This document shows positions 1 to 12,874 of a DNA stretch of 64,000 bases, one piece after another. Location of the stretch: contig NC_068991.1 in NCBI RefSeq assembly GCF_001194135.2, forward strand, positions 72,526,416 through 72,590,415. Reading direction: 5' to 3'. A program made the position numbers and the translations under genes. This DNA comes from Octopus bimaculoides (Eukaryota). Within the stretch, counting starts at the first letter, position 1. Each line of letters starts with the position of its first letter. The notes beneath the pieces are model-generated. The model worked only from the letters and a program-made list of their open reading frames with translations. It was not told where the DNA came from and did not search any database.

Positions 1-1294
1 CATGGGAACTGCCCATATCCTACGTAAAATACTGTCTATGTGATCTCAAATTTTAAAGCAAACATAATTTTCTTATGGTTTCTTAAACATTCACTTGAAC
101 AAAACTGTACAAATCCAAATATATGGTACCCTAGGCATAACACCTACATGAACTTCTAACTTGTTGTCTCTTGAGGTCTCTGGGTGAGACTTGGATCCAA
201 CTTGTACAAATGCAAAACAAAAGTCAAACATAAAATAATAATAATAATAATGATAATAATAATCATCATCATCATCATCATCGTTTAACGTCCGCTTTCC
301 ATGCTAGCATGGGTTGGACGATAATAGTAATAATAATAATATAATGGGGATCCTTTTGAACATTAGCTTATAGTTTACTTTGATCAGCTTGTAAACGACG
401 TATACTTATGACTGAAACCTATGAAGAAAAATGATGTGAGTTTATTTGAAATTCCATGTCAAAAATTTATATTTATTTTATGTAACTTGTGAAAAAAAAA
501 AAAAAGTTGTATCTATTGAAGTATAGAATATTGATTATATATGAATTTTTAACTAAATGTTGTTGGAAAAAATATTCAACAAAAGAGTTTACTTTGATTA
601 TTTAAAAATAGCAGCAGAGTCTTTAGTAATAAAAGTAGTTTGTTGTATAGTTTTAGTAAAGAAAGAGTTTAGTTGTAGAACAGATTCAAGACTAATATTG
701 TTGCTATAGTCATGCTCAACGTGTAAGGAGCTAATTGTTGTCAGTAACAGATGAGTATCATTCATTGAGTATATTCAGGTTCTTAGCAATGACTCAGTTA
801 TAGTTTTCAATCTGTTTTGAACATCAAAGCTGGTAACCAGAGGAGCCAATCGAGAAATATAAGTCTAAAATCTGAGAGTAAAAGAAAAATAGAAATTTAA
901 TTGCATGTTTGTTAGTTGGCAGTTATTAACTACTAATTGCAAATGTACCCTAAAAATAACGCTAATAAATCCTTCATAAGATGCAATTATAATTTTACTT
1001 TACGCTGAATATTACCGTATTATAATGATAATCTTTTCACTTCTAATGTTGTCAATTAGGAATTTAAAATGACATGTTAAATTTTTTTTTTTTTTTTTTT
1101 TTTTTTTCAATTTTCCACTTGATGAATATTATTATAATTAATATCATGTTGGAAGGAAGTCTGTGGATTGTTAAATAAATCTTCATACTGTGTCAATTCT
1201 AAGCAGACATTTCATTTGATACAAAGGAATGTAATTATAAATGTCATTTATCAATACGAAATGAAAGTAAAAACGATTTCTGTTATATTTTCAG

Positions 1295-1346
1295 AGATGT
1301 TCAAGGTCAAATAGAATTAGAGTTGCCAGTAGCCCAAGTAGTCCAG
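1295..1346 (+). CDS. BRSK: BRSK/SAD kinase exon a (first in window): DVQGQIELELPVAQVVQ
   Basis: ttttcAG acceptor and GTaaga donor; 52 nt (1+17 codons). ELELP..VVQ matches the post-kinase linker of SAD/BRSK kinases. In phase with the next exon. Confidence 0.9.
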
Positions 1347-1405
1347 GTAAGATGTATTTTCAACCAATTTGTTTATTCCAAAGTTATGTATTCGTTTGTG
1401 AACTA

Positions 1406-1960
1406 CAGGATGGTCCAAAAGTCTTGTTACCCCCCCCCCCCCCTACATATTGTTTATTATTGCCATTACTATCATTACTTTTTGTTTTAGTAATATAATA
1501 TGTACCCCACCCCCATTATGCTATCGCTGTCTGGGAATACTTAAATGAAGTTTTTCAAAATAGATGGATAGGGCGAGGATTGCAACAACTTCCAGCCCCT
1601 GTCGAGTGGCCTCCCAGAAGTCCACATCTCATGTCTTGCGATAAAGCTCTGTGGGATATTATCAAGGAGAGAATTTCACATGAATGATATCAGAATACCC
1701 ATCAGTTGAAGGACATTGTTTGGAGAGCCTTTGCAACAATCACCAAAGCACAGCTTCAAAAATTATCACACAGGACATGGCACCACATTATTTTGTGCCA
1801 TGAAAATGATGGTGTTCATACAGACCTTCTGGATATGTGACAGCATCAATGAAAGTGAATAAATTAAATTCAGTTTGTGCTTTGGATTACTGCATTATTT
1901 GATTTTCTATTGTTCTTATTACATTTTGGTAGAGGGTAACAAGACTTTTGGAGCACCCTG
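1406..1960 (+). mobile_element. Internally deleted Tc1/mariner element (rosa/DD41D-like)
   Basis: TIRs CAGGATGGTCCAAAAGTCTTGTTACCC / GGGTAACAAGACTTTTGGAGCACCCTG; TA on the left, CA on the right. Relic reads NRWIGRG...EWPPRSPHLMSCD..LW.IIKE...ENDGVHTDLL. Confidence 0.85.
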
Positions 1961-2094
1961 CATTTGGAATACATGTTAAACTGTGAAGTAAAATCATTCC
2001 AATAACCATTTGTTAAATCATTGTATAAAAAGACAAAGAAAGCAATTTTTTTGTACTTGTTGGGGTTTGAAGGAAGGGGCAGTGCCTATGGCTT

Positions 2095-2340
2095 TTGCAG
2101 GCCCTTCATATGACTGGGGAGACTGATGCTGTTGTTGATGTTCTGTTTAACCTGTTGCATGTTGATATTTGCAAGAAATATATGAACAGGGATTTGAGAG
2201 GATGCAGTTGTATTGTTTCAGGTGAAATAATTCATGCTCAGGCATTAAAACTGAATCAGTGTTTGATTATTAATTCTCATTTCAAATCAAGTTGTAAATG
2301 GCTTACCTGTTTTATGAATCATCATTCTGTTAGATTGTCA
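2095..2340 (+). pseudogene. pogo/Tigger transposase CENP-B-type HTH remnant
   Basis: ORF 2095 reads VSGEIIHAQAL...FKSSCKWLTCFMNHHSV, resembling the pogo motif ISG..I...A...FKAS.GWL.RF..RH. Confidence 0.6.
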
Positions 2341-3444
2341 GCTAAGTTCATTCAGAGGTTTTTCTTTTTGCTTTTTCTTGGCATTCCATTGTTATGTTTG
2401 AAAAGAGGTAGAATTTATTCAAATTTCAAAAACAACTAACATAACCTCCAAAAACCCCATAAAACCCTGCCATAAAAATGTTTTTCATATTAATTCAAAT
2501 AATATTGTTAAAGAATTAAAATAAATATAAAACAATTAAAAGAAACAAATTTATCTCACGACTCAATATCTGTCTACATCACAGAACCTTTGTATGTCAT
2601 TGTATGCTTGAAGACTAAGAAGAAAGACTTAAATTTCAATGCTTCGTCATTGATTAGTGATTGAAAAAGAAACAATATTTACTTAAGCAAATTGAGAATG
2701 CTGATCAAACACCAGTTTATTTTGAAATGTCACCAGCCAATGCTTAAATTGTATCTGTTTATACAGATGGCAATAGAAAACAGCATTGAAAGAGCAATGC
2801 ATGTTTGTAATTGCTCACCATGGTAAACTGTCTGCTTATGTTATGCTGAGACATAAGACATCTCTAAAGGGATAAAAGATGCAAATTAAAAAGACTGGAT
2901 TTTGCATAATATGGCTGAGCTGTGAATTCATTTAGTTTGGTATTGTGGTGCTGGTGCATTGCCAAAACTAAAATCAATGGTTATATTGAATCTTTTCATG
3001 CCCACCCCAAATCACCACCATCCTTCTAATGTCTACTTTTCCATGCTGGCATGGGTCAGACAGAATTTGTTTAGGCAAGCTTTTTATGGCTAGATGCCCT
3101 TCCTGTTGCTAAATCTCACCTATTTCCAACTATGTAAGTATTTCCCCCAGGCTGGACATATTTTCATGGAAGACTGGCAATGAGGGACTCCTTGTATGAC
3201 AGCAATACTTGTTTATAACTATCGAAACAAAGACACACACACACACACACACACACACTATCTTTATTTCATTTCTGTCACCCAAATCCACTCACAACCC
3301 AGGGCTGTAGTAGAAGAAACTTGCCCAAGGTGTTGTGCAACAGGACTGAACTCAAGATCACATGGTTGGGAAACAACCTTCTTAACTACATAGCCACGTC
3401 CTGTGTCATTGCACCTCAACCTCAGCCAAGTCTTCATCACTCCT

Positions 3445-3620
3445 GAAGAAGGAATCCCTCCCTGGATTCCTTGCACTGCTCTCGGTCTCTGGCCAGTAAT
3501 GGCCATGCATGCCCCTGGAAGTGGGTGAGATCATCTTGTCATCTTGTCCATTGTCTTGGTGTCCATTCTGTCACCCTGATTGTCCATCTGTTGTCCTTCA
3601 GTTGTACAAGGTGGACATTG
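3445..3620 (-). mobile_element. RTE-clade LINE 3' end fragment
   Basis: Minus frame DNRWTIRVTEWTPR...W..LARDREQ.KESREGFLLQE*, typical of an RTE ORF C-terminus. Confidence 0.65.
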
Positions 3621-4880
3621 TACAGATAAAGCAAGAAAACAGTGCCCAGCAGCACAATAATGTACTTGTCATTCCTAGTTTGTCAACTACAATTTTACTT
3701 ACATTAAGCGACTGCTTTAATAAACACTTTAAACAAAGCCTGAAAGTGTTGTATTCTTAAAGGCATGGTTAATCATGACAACGACTTAACTACTTCAGAC
3801 AAAACTAAAAAGCTTTAACTACAAGTTGTTTTGGTGACACTATTGATTCTCATACAATAGCTTAAACTTTCAAAACGATACAAAAACAAAACAATTTTAT
3901 CGCAAATGCACTTAATAGATTGGAAGACAATGTTAGTATGGCTAGAAGAAATTGATGATAATGAAACAAATGTAAGTGAACAATTGGTGGAAAACGGTAT
4001 TGAATCAGAGTCTGATATCAGTGGATAATGCAACAATATTGATTAAAATAAAAATCATAATTTGACAAGAACTTTTAATTGCTTTTATTTCTTATATGTA
4101 GTAAATAGCCAAGCCACATTTTATATAAGGACACATCTATTTTTCTTTCCTTTTATTAAAAAGCAATTACACATTATGCTAAGAGGCAAGGGGAAGGGCA
4201 CATTGTATATGGGTTAACATGGTGTGTATGTATGTATTCACACACACACACGCGTCTCTATGTATGTATATTGTGGGTGTGAAGATGCTAGTGTAGGGGT
4301 AGAATGATAGATAAGCACAAAATTAGTGCTTGGACTGATTAAATTCTTAAATTCCAACTTCTTACTTGTGGTTAAATAGTTCAGCAGAACAGGAGTTGGC
4401 TGCAAGAAACACAAAGCTTGAGAAAGTAATAAAAACACAATGTTGGACATATGATGAGACAGCAGGAATATTTGGAGATTCCCATATGAAGATACTCACA
4501 TAGTGAACTTTATGCTAGTTGATAATATTTTGCTTATATGCTTTGTGCAATATTGCCTCATTATGTACATCTCTTTGCATACTATCAACCATTCACCAAA
4601 TTTTTGAAACAGCTGTAAAGAAAGAATTTGTGTCCTGTAATATATAACATGTCCTATAAATGAATTCCTACCATTTATAATTGTGTTTCCTTCTTTACAC
4701 CCCCCCCCACACATTGTTAAAGTCTGTTGTTTAGCTTCAAGCATAGACATATGGCTTGTATAGATAATACAAAGTAGATGACACTTGCCAAGTCACTTGC
4801 CCAAGGTGCCACACAGTACCTGCAGTTAGGCATGACAGATCTATATGCATATGTATACATATTTTCATGTAGACTCTCTA

Positions 4881-4942
4881 TCCATCTCTCTCTCTCTTTC
4901 TCTCTCTCTCTTTCTCTCTCTCTCTCTATCTCTCTCTCTCTT

Positions 4943-5006
<64 letters not shown>

Positions 5007-5352
5007 ATTGTGTGCACACATTTTCACATATACACATTCACACATAAGTGCATACACATATGTGTACATACACAAACATGCACATGCACACACACTCACA
5101 CATACACACGTATGCATGTGTATGATCACATGTGCATGTACACACTCAAACACACATGCAAGCACACACACACACACACACACGTGCATGACCACACTCA
5201 CACATTTGCAAGCACACACACACACTTGTACATGCATGCACATAGACACATGCATGCACTCACACATACACACATGCAAGCTCACACATGCAAGCACACA
5301 CACACATACACATGTGCATACACACGCACTCTCACACACACACACACACACA
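4881..5352. repeat. Compound (CT)n/(CA)n microsatellite; one of many (also (TA)n, (ATT)n 21920-22065, (CAT)n/(CAC)n 50211-50360, tetramers 51860-52025)
   Basis: Direct reading; these tracts explain most of the low-complexity ORFs in the ORF track. Confidence 0.97.
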
Positions 5353-5503
5353 AACACCAACAATGCTGTATATTCCTGGATATTTTCTTCTCCCATATTT
5401 TTGTAAATAATTTTTCTGTATTTAATGTAATTAAATATAAATATATCTTAATCAAAGACAGACCTTTTCTCATAGACCTGCGACTTTCTGTATTTCTCCA
5501 CAG

Positions 5504-5616
5504 ACTTCCATTATTCCCTCCGTAGAAGATCTAGACCCAGATGTTTTGTCAACTATGAACTCTTTACAGTGCTTTAAAGATAAAGAAAAACTTGTACAGG
5601 AATTATTAAGCTCAAA
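5504..5616 (+). CDS. BRSK: BRSK exon b, UBA domain: TSIIPSVEDLDPDVLSTMNSLQCFKDKEKLVQELLSS(K)
   Basis: ccacAG/GTaagt; 113 nt. DPDVL..M.SL.CF.D..KL.Q.LLS is the BRSK UBA signature. Confidence 0.96.
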
Positions 5617-6819
5617 GTAAGTAATACTCTCTCTTTTAATTGCTTCCTAGATGCCTTATATTAATTTGAGGAGGCGCAATGGCCCAGTGGTTAAGGCAGT
5701 GGACTCGCGGTCATAGGATCACGGTTTACATTGTTTTTTTTTTTGGCATGAAGGGATGTAACTCTAGGCATCAGTTTATTCCTCTATACACAAACCTAAA
5801 CACACACACACACACATGTGCATACACACACACACACACACACACACATACATACATACATATATCTATTAAAGGTTGAAAGGTCATTTCTGACTCATAT
5901 AGACATATAAAGCCAGTTTCTTGAATGTTGCAGTGTATATACTCCTCCCACTGGACAGAGTGCTGGTCCAGTGCAGGATCCCCCAAGTGGACTGGAGCAA
6001 AATTAAATGAAATGTTTTTGTTCAGGAATGCAACACATCACCCATTCCAAGAATTGAAACCACAATCTTTAACCATAAGCTTTGGTTAGCCTGAGGCTAT
6101 AGAAGAAAACATTTTCCCAAGGTGCCACACTGTTGGACTGAACCCAAAGCCACATGCTTGGGAGGAAAGGAGTCTTTGTATATTTTACAAAACTAAGAAC
6201 TTGAACTGAATATAAGTAATTTTAAGAGATTGAGGGGAGGGGGTGTAATTTTGTCACAAATCCATTTGGTTTTGAATAATCATTAATCTTTATTTGAAGG
6301 TAGTACGTATAAAGCTCTCAGAGTGGTTGGCACTAGGAAGAGCATCCAGCTGTAGAAACCTTGCCAGTCCTCTGTCAAACCGTCCGATCCATGCCATCAT
6401 GGAAAGCAGACGTTAAATAATGAGAATGATGATGATGAATTTGTGTAGCCCAGAGGTTAGGGTGTTGTACTCATGATTGCTAGATTGTAGGTTTAATTCT
6501 TTAACCAGGCAGCATGTTGTGTTCTTGAGCAAAACACTCCGTGTCACTTTGCTCCAGTCCACTCAGCCATAAATATACCACCCTGTGACGGAATAATTGT
6601 CCGATCAAGGGAGATGTTAGCCTGCACACTTAGCCAGTGGGATGGCATCATTTGAAGGCTAGAGCAAGGCAAAGCGCATTGTGACCAGCGATGTATAACA
6701 CCAGCCAATAATCTTTATAAATTTGATATCTCAACAGCTGAACTTCACAAGAATTGTCTTCCATATTCCAACTAAATGATACTGGGATCTAATTTCTGAA
6801 TGCTTTTTCTTTCTTTTAG

Positions 6820-6920
6820 ACACAATACGGAGAAAGTTGTATATTTTTTGCTGTTAGATAGAAAACTAAGAAATCCTAGCATAGAAGATGACATTGAAAT
6901 TAGAAGTCGGAACGATGCAG
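6820..6920 (+). CDS. BRSK: BRSK exon c: HNTEKVVYFLLLDRKLRNPSIEDDIEIRSRNDA
   Basis: ttttAG/GTaaat; 101 nt. EK..YFLLLDRK is a conserved BRSK motif; phases 2 to 1 fit both neighbours. Confidence 0.96.
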
Positions 6921-7601
6921 GTAAATGTCTTTGATTACTGTGTTTTTGTTGTAAATATTATTTAAATGATGCTATTTTCTTTTTTTCATATAATGCCTTA
7001 ATTTCGGTTATGAGACACATACATCGGTTTATCACATGTAGTTTATATGCATTTCTGACATGCATGTGCTATATGCATCTATCTGCATTTAAGGGTCACA
7101 CTAGTAATGGTTTCAAATTTTGGTCCAAAATTTTAGGGGAGGTGGTCAGTCTTTTATATGTGAAGGCTCATGGTTTTGTGGTTAGGGTACTCGACTCACG
7201 GTCATGTGTTTGATTCTCGACAGTACATTATGTCCTTCAGCAAGACACTTTATTTCACATTGTACCAGTTCATTCAGCTGGAAAAATGAGTTGTACCTGT
7301 ATTTCAAAGGATCATCTTTATCACATCCTGTGTCATGCTGAATCTCCCTGAGAACTATGTTAAGGGTACTCATGTCTGTGAAGTACTCAGCCACTTGCAT
7401 GTTAATTTCACAAGGAGGCTATTCTGTTGAATGGGTCAGTTTATATTAACCCCAGTGCCCAGCTGGTACTTTTTTTATCAACCCTGAAAGGATGAAAGGC
7501 AAAGTCTACCATTGCGGAATTTGGACTCAAAAAGGACAACATCAATAATGTCAGACAATCAATACCATTGGAAGAAGTCAAAAACATAGCGTTATGAACT
7601 A

Positions 7602-7849
7602 CAGGGTGTCCACAAAGTCTGGGTACATGGGGATTAACACATACTTTAGGAAATTATTATTTCTTATATTTAATTGTTTATGTTTTTTTTTTTCAATTCA
7701 TCAGTATTCAAAAAAAAAAAATTATTTTATTTACTCCATGTACCCACATGGGGATTAACACATACTTTAAGAAATTATTATTTTGTATATTTAATTGTTT
7801 CTGTTATGATTTTATTTACTCCATGTACCCAGACCTTGTGGACACCCTG
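7602..7849. mobile_element. Tc1/mariner-type MITE with internal tandem dimer
   Basis: TIR CAGGGTGTCCACAAAGTCTGGGTACATGG / CCATGTACCCAGACCTTGTGGACACCCTG; TA on both sides. Confidence 0.85.
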
Positions 7850-8073
7850 TACAACACTTCTTTGCTTGCTCTCATGCTCCACATAAATACTGATTTTTAA
7901 GAGAAATATAAACACTAAAAGTACATCAATGGTGATATTTTCAAATAAATGAAGAGAAATTATTGATTGCAGTCTCAGTGTTCAAAGATTTAATCAATTC
8001 ATATTGACTGGGCACAACTGTTTGGACATTGGCAATTTGGCATGGCTAACTGGACATTGAACATCCACCTATA

Positions 8074-8132
<59 letters not shown>

Positions 8133-8292
8133 ATGTATATATATATGTATATATATATGTATATATGTATATGTGTGTGTATATGTATATATATATATAT
8201 ATACACACACACACATATATATGTGTGTGTGTGTATGTATGTATATATATATGTATATATATATATATAGACATACACATATACATATATAC

Positions 8293-8335
<43 letters not shown>

Positions 8336-8949
8336 TGCAGGCATGACTCTGTGATAACAAGTTTGCTTCCCAGTCACATAGTTTTAGGTTCAGTCTCATT
8401 GTGTGGCACCTTGGGCAAGTGTCTTCTACTATAGCCTTGGGCTGGCCAAAGCCTTGTGAATATATATATATATATATATATATANNNNNNNNNNNNNNNN
8501 NNNNNNNNNNNNNNNNNNNNNNNNNNNNNNNNNNNNNNNNNNNNNNACCTAATGAGTGAAACAAATACAAGACAAAAGATAAGAAATGTCCTCAAGCCAC
8601 TTATACACTTATTCTTTTCTACTCTAGGCACAAGGCCCAAAATTTTGGGGGAGGGGGCCAGTCAATTAAATCGACCCCAGTACACAACTGGTACTTAATT
8701 TATCAACCCCAAAAGGATGAAAGGTAAAGTCGACCTTGGTGGAATTTGAACTCAGAACATAAAATAGACAAAATATTGCTAAGCATCTTGCCCGGCATGT
8801 TAACGTTTCAGCCAGCTTACCGCCTTGCTTATATACATCTTCACACCAGGTAGATATTCTGGTACAAGTGTCTCAATGACTACTCTGTTGGACAATGATA
8901 TTATTATTGTACAAATATACAATATGATAGAAGCTTGAAAATAACAAAA

Positions 8950-9530
8950 GAAATGTTGATGCATTCTCAAGACTGCCATTTCAGGTTTGGTGACAGATTA
9001 AATGAAAAAAATCAAAACTCATGTTCTATTTATGGATTCGAAATACATCAAATTATTGATGGACATATCTTAAGGGAATATTGGTTACCATTAAAGAAAT
9101 TGAACCAGCCATGAAGTCTGATATTGACGTTATTCTAATTAAACAATTCTTTAATAATGATTGGCCAGAAAACTAAATATCAAAGCCAACCATCTAAGAG
9201 AATATTGGTAGATGGGGAGGAAGAATGTAATGTAATTTATGATCATAGGAATTTAATAATTTTGCTGTTCAGTTTTTCTTAAGTAATTATTCCAAAAATA
9301 TTCCTGAATAAAAGTTTGACTCAACTGCAAGAAAGTCACTAGGGCATGGTTTTGAATGAAACAAATGAGTCATAGATACTGGTGCTGACAGAATTTTTGA
9401 TCATTGGAGTCTGGTATCCTTGCAATAGTCTGCCATGTTCCAGCATATCAATAGATTGTACCTGACAAAGAATATAAAGAAGGATCCAGAATATCTGGAC
9501 TATGGTAACCAGAGCAAAGAATACATATCA
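8950..9530 (+). pseudogene. Ty3/Gypsy pol remnant (integrase zinc-finger region)
   Basis: Degenerate reading ...NDWPEN...VIIPKIFLNKSLTQLQESH*G..., like GWP...V.IP..LR..IL..LH.SH.G. Many stops; limits approximate. Confidence 0.5.
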
Positions 9531-9608
9531 ACTATACTGCATATTTTATGCTGATGATAAATATGCAAATTATTGTTGTTGATCCGTCATCATCATCGTC
9601 ATCATCAT

Positions 9609-9682
9609 CATGGGCATATGGCGTAGTGATTAAGAGTCCGAGCTACTAATCCTAAGATTCCGAGTTCGATTCCAGGCAGTGA

Positions 9683-9714
<32 letters not shown>

Positions 9715-10380
9715 GTAATAATAATAATGATAATAATAATGATAATAATGATACTCTTTTACTTTTTTACTTGTTTCAATCATTTGACTGTGGCCATGCT
9801 GGAGCACCGCCTTTAGTCGAGCAAATCGACCCCAGGACTTATTCTTTGTAAGCCTAGTACTTATTCTATCGGTTCCTTTTGCTGAACCGCTAAGTTACGG
9901 GGACGTAAACACACCAGCATCGTTGTCAAGCAATGTTGGGGGGACAAACACAGACACACAGACATATACACACTCACACATACATATATATNNNNNNNNN
10001 NNNNNNNNNNNNNNNNNNNNNNNNNNNNNNNNNNNNNNTTCCACTCACAAGGCTTTGGTCGGCCCGAGGCTATAGAAGACACTTGCCCAAGGTGCCATGC
10101 AGTGGGACTGAACCCGGAACCATGTGGTTGGTAAGCAAGCTACTTACCACACAGCCACTCCTACGCCTATAAATAATATGATAATGATAATAATAATAAG
10201 AAGAAGAAGGAGGAGGAGGAGGAGGAGGTGGAGGAGGAGAAGAAGAAGAAGAAGAAGAAGTTCGAAATTTCCCCAAGATATCTGATGAAGGTTGTGGGGT
10301 ATATCAGCCAAAATGTTGTGTTAACAACAAACAAGATGAGGACAAATATCCGTCAAATGTGAATAATGTAAATAAAATCT
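9609..10380 (+). mobile_element. tRNA-headed, hammerhead-tailed SINE-like element interrupted by a CORE-like SINE
   Basis: Head 9609-9688 with A and B boxes; (AAT)n; nested minus-strand SINE at about 9754-10167; tail 10261-10380 with CTGATGA. Confidence 0.7.
9754..10167 (-). mobile_element. CORE-like tRNA SINE (abundant family), spans a gap
   Basis: Reverse complement of the copies at 22788 and 60401. Confidence 0.85.
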
Positions 10381-10712
10381 ATTTGTTCTCCATTGCATTG
10401 AATGTCCACACACACACACACACATTGGCTTTCACACAGTTTCCCCTCTACCAAATTCATTCACAAGGCATTTGTTGGCCCCGGGTTATAGTAGAAAACT
10501 CTTGTCAGAGGTGCCACTCAGTGGCACTGAACTTGAAACCATGTGGTTGTAAAGCCAGTTTCTTAAACACGCACCCATGCCTGTGCATTTTCCAACATAC
10601 ATCCCATTAGTTTGCTTTATTCTCTCAGAAACTTCCTGTACCAAAATATAATTTGATTTTCTAAAGTGTAAGAATTCAAGTTTTTCAACTTTTACATGTA
10701 AATATTTTTCAG

Positions 10713-10761
10713 ATCCTCCAAGAAAAAGAGTCGATGCAGTTCAACTGAATGGCTCTCAAAG
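10713..10761 (+). CDS. BRSK: BRSK exon d: DPPRKRVDAVQLNGSQ
   Basis: ttttcAG/GTaaga; 49 nt. DPPRKRVD is a conserved BRSK motif. Confidence 0.95.
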
Positions 10762-11540
10762 GTAAGATTCTTAACACTGTCTTTTACTGAAACCTATTAA
10801 CTACCAAAAAGCTTCACCTAATTCTTCCAATACAATGGAATTGGCTTTTGTCTTTTACATTTTTATCAATATATTTCTGATATAATAGTTTTTTAAAGAG
10901 AATTTTGAATTATGTTTAGTGAATTCTTAAGTTTAGATAACCATCTTCTGCTGCAGAATTTATTTTTAATTATCTCTGATATTTAACTATAAGCAACAAA
11001 AATTTTGAAAAGATATTTTTTTAAGATAGCTCTTTAGCGTTTAGATTACTCCACCAAACATAATGCTTATTTATTTACATCGTTTTTAATTAATCATGCA
11101 TTATCACTTAGCTTTGAGATTCAATGATGTGATTGTTTATTTTTAGAATCATATTGTAGCATAGGTGTGAGGGGCCAGTTGTAGCCAGCTTGAGCATAAA
11201 ACAGGTAGAATAGTTGGGTTGGATATGACCAGTTTAAATATCAAATGGTCAGAATAAGACGGAGAATTTGAGGGGGAAAAAAAAAAGGAATAAAAAAACT
11301 CCTTTCCAGTCATCATGGTTGTCTTCATCATCATCATCTTCATCATTATCATCTTCTTCAAATAATCTACTATAACACATTTATAATAGCGATTATTCAT
11401 GATTTAGCAAGGTGATTTTTATTTACTTAAACTCATATATATCTGCATTTTTGTGTGATAAACTCAGCTGTCTCAGTTTATATTTCTTTTAAAGGAAGCA
11501 TTTTTTTTTTAGTGTTTTAGTTTATGAAAGTGATTTGTAT

Positions 11541-11950
11541 TACAGTTTTATATTTAAGAGATGAGGAATTATTTACATTATTTACATTTGACGGATATTT
11601 GTCCTCATCTTGTTTGTTGTTAACACAAAGTTTCGGCTGATATACCCTCCAACCTTCATCAGGTGTCTTGGGAAAATTTCAAACCTGGGTTCTCATTGCC
11701 CATGGGCATATGGCATAGTGGTTAAGAGCATGGGCTATTAAGCGCAAGATTCCGAGTTTGATTCCAGGCAGTGACCTGAATAAAAATAATAATAATGTTA
11801 ACATTGAAAAATACCTTAGGAATGAGAACCCAGGTTCGAAATTTCCCCAAGCCACCTGATGAAGGGTGAAGGGTATATCAGCTGAAATGTTGTGTTAACA
11901 ACAAGCAAGGTGAGAACAAATATCCGTCAAATGTAAAGAATGTAAATAAT
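11541..11950. mobile_element. Composite: inverted hammerhead-bearing arms flanking a tRNA-like head + (AAT)n
   Basis: Arms 11568-11697 and 11821-11950 (130 bp each) are inverted; the core matches 9609-9688. Confidence 0.8.
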
Positions 11951-12200
11951 GTGAGATTTGTATTTTCATGAAAAATAATTCGACGATCTCAGTTGTGTGT
12001 AAACATACATAACGTATGTATGTACATACATACATACATATGTGTGTGAGTGTGTGTGTATGTATATNNNNNNNNNNNNNNNNNNNNNNNNNNNNNNNNN
12101 NNNNNNNNNNNNNNNNNNNNNNNNNNNNNNNNNNNNNNNNNNNNNNNNNNNNNNNNNNNNNNNNNNNNNNNNNNNNNNNNNNNNNNNNNNNNNNNNNNNN

Positions 12201-12253
<53 letters not shown>

Positions 12254-12874
12254 TGCTGTGTTATCTGAAACTGTAGATCATCAAATCAAAATTTCCAATC
12301 ATTATACTATTGAACATAATTGATTTGTATTATCAGCAGATTAGTTTACAAATTGTGTTCAATTCTCTACGTGATAAGTAGCAAAATAAATAAATAAATA
12401 GATAAATAAATAAATAAAACGTCTGATCTATTTTTAACTTATTGCTGTCCAACCCATACCGACATGGAAGATGGACATCAAAAGAAAAAGAAAAAGAAGA
12501 TGATGATGATGATATATTAGACTTTATATTAACTGAAAAGAATAGATTAAAACGTGGAAAGTTATAGAAACATCGAAATTGATTTAGTATAGCTTTTTTA
12601 TCGATTGCTCTTCTTCTTGTGAAGATGCATGGCATTGTTTGGTTGTTGGGATTAAGATTGTTAGAATGTGAGTTCATCTCCTCAGTTGCATGTGTGTTAC
12701 ATCTTTGAGCAAGGAACTCCTTTTCACATTACTCTGGTCCACCCAGATGAAACTGTACACCAGCATCTTTTGGAAATGGTTGACCCTATGATGGACTGGC
12801 ATCTTGTTTAGGATTTAGTTTTGTACTCTAACTCACTATGGAGACTAGAGTAAGCTCAGGTCTAAAGGGTCTGT

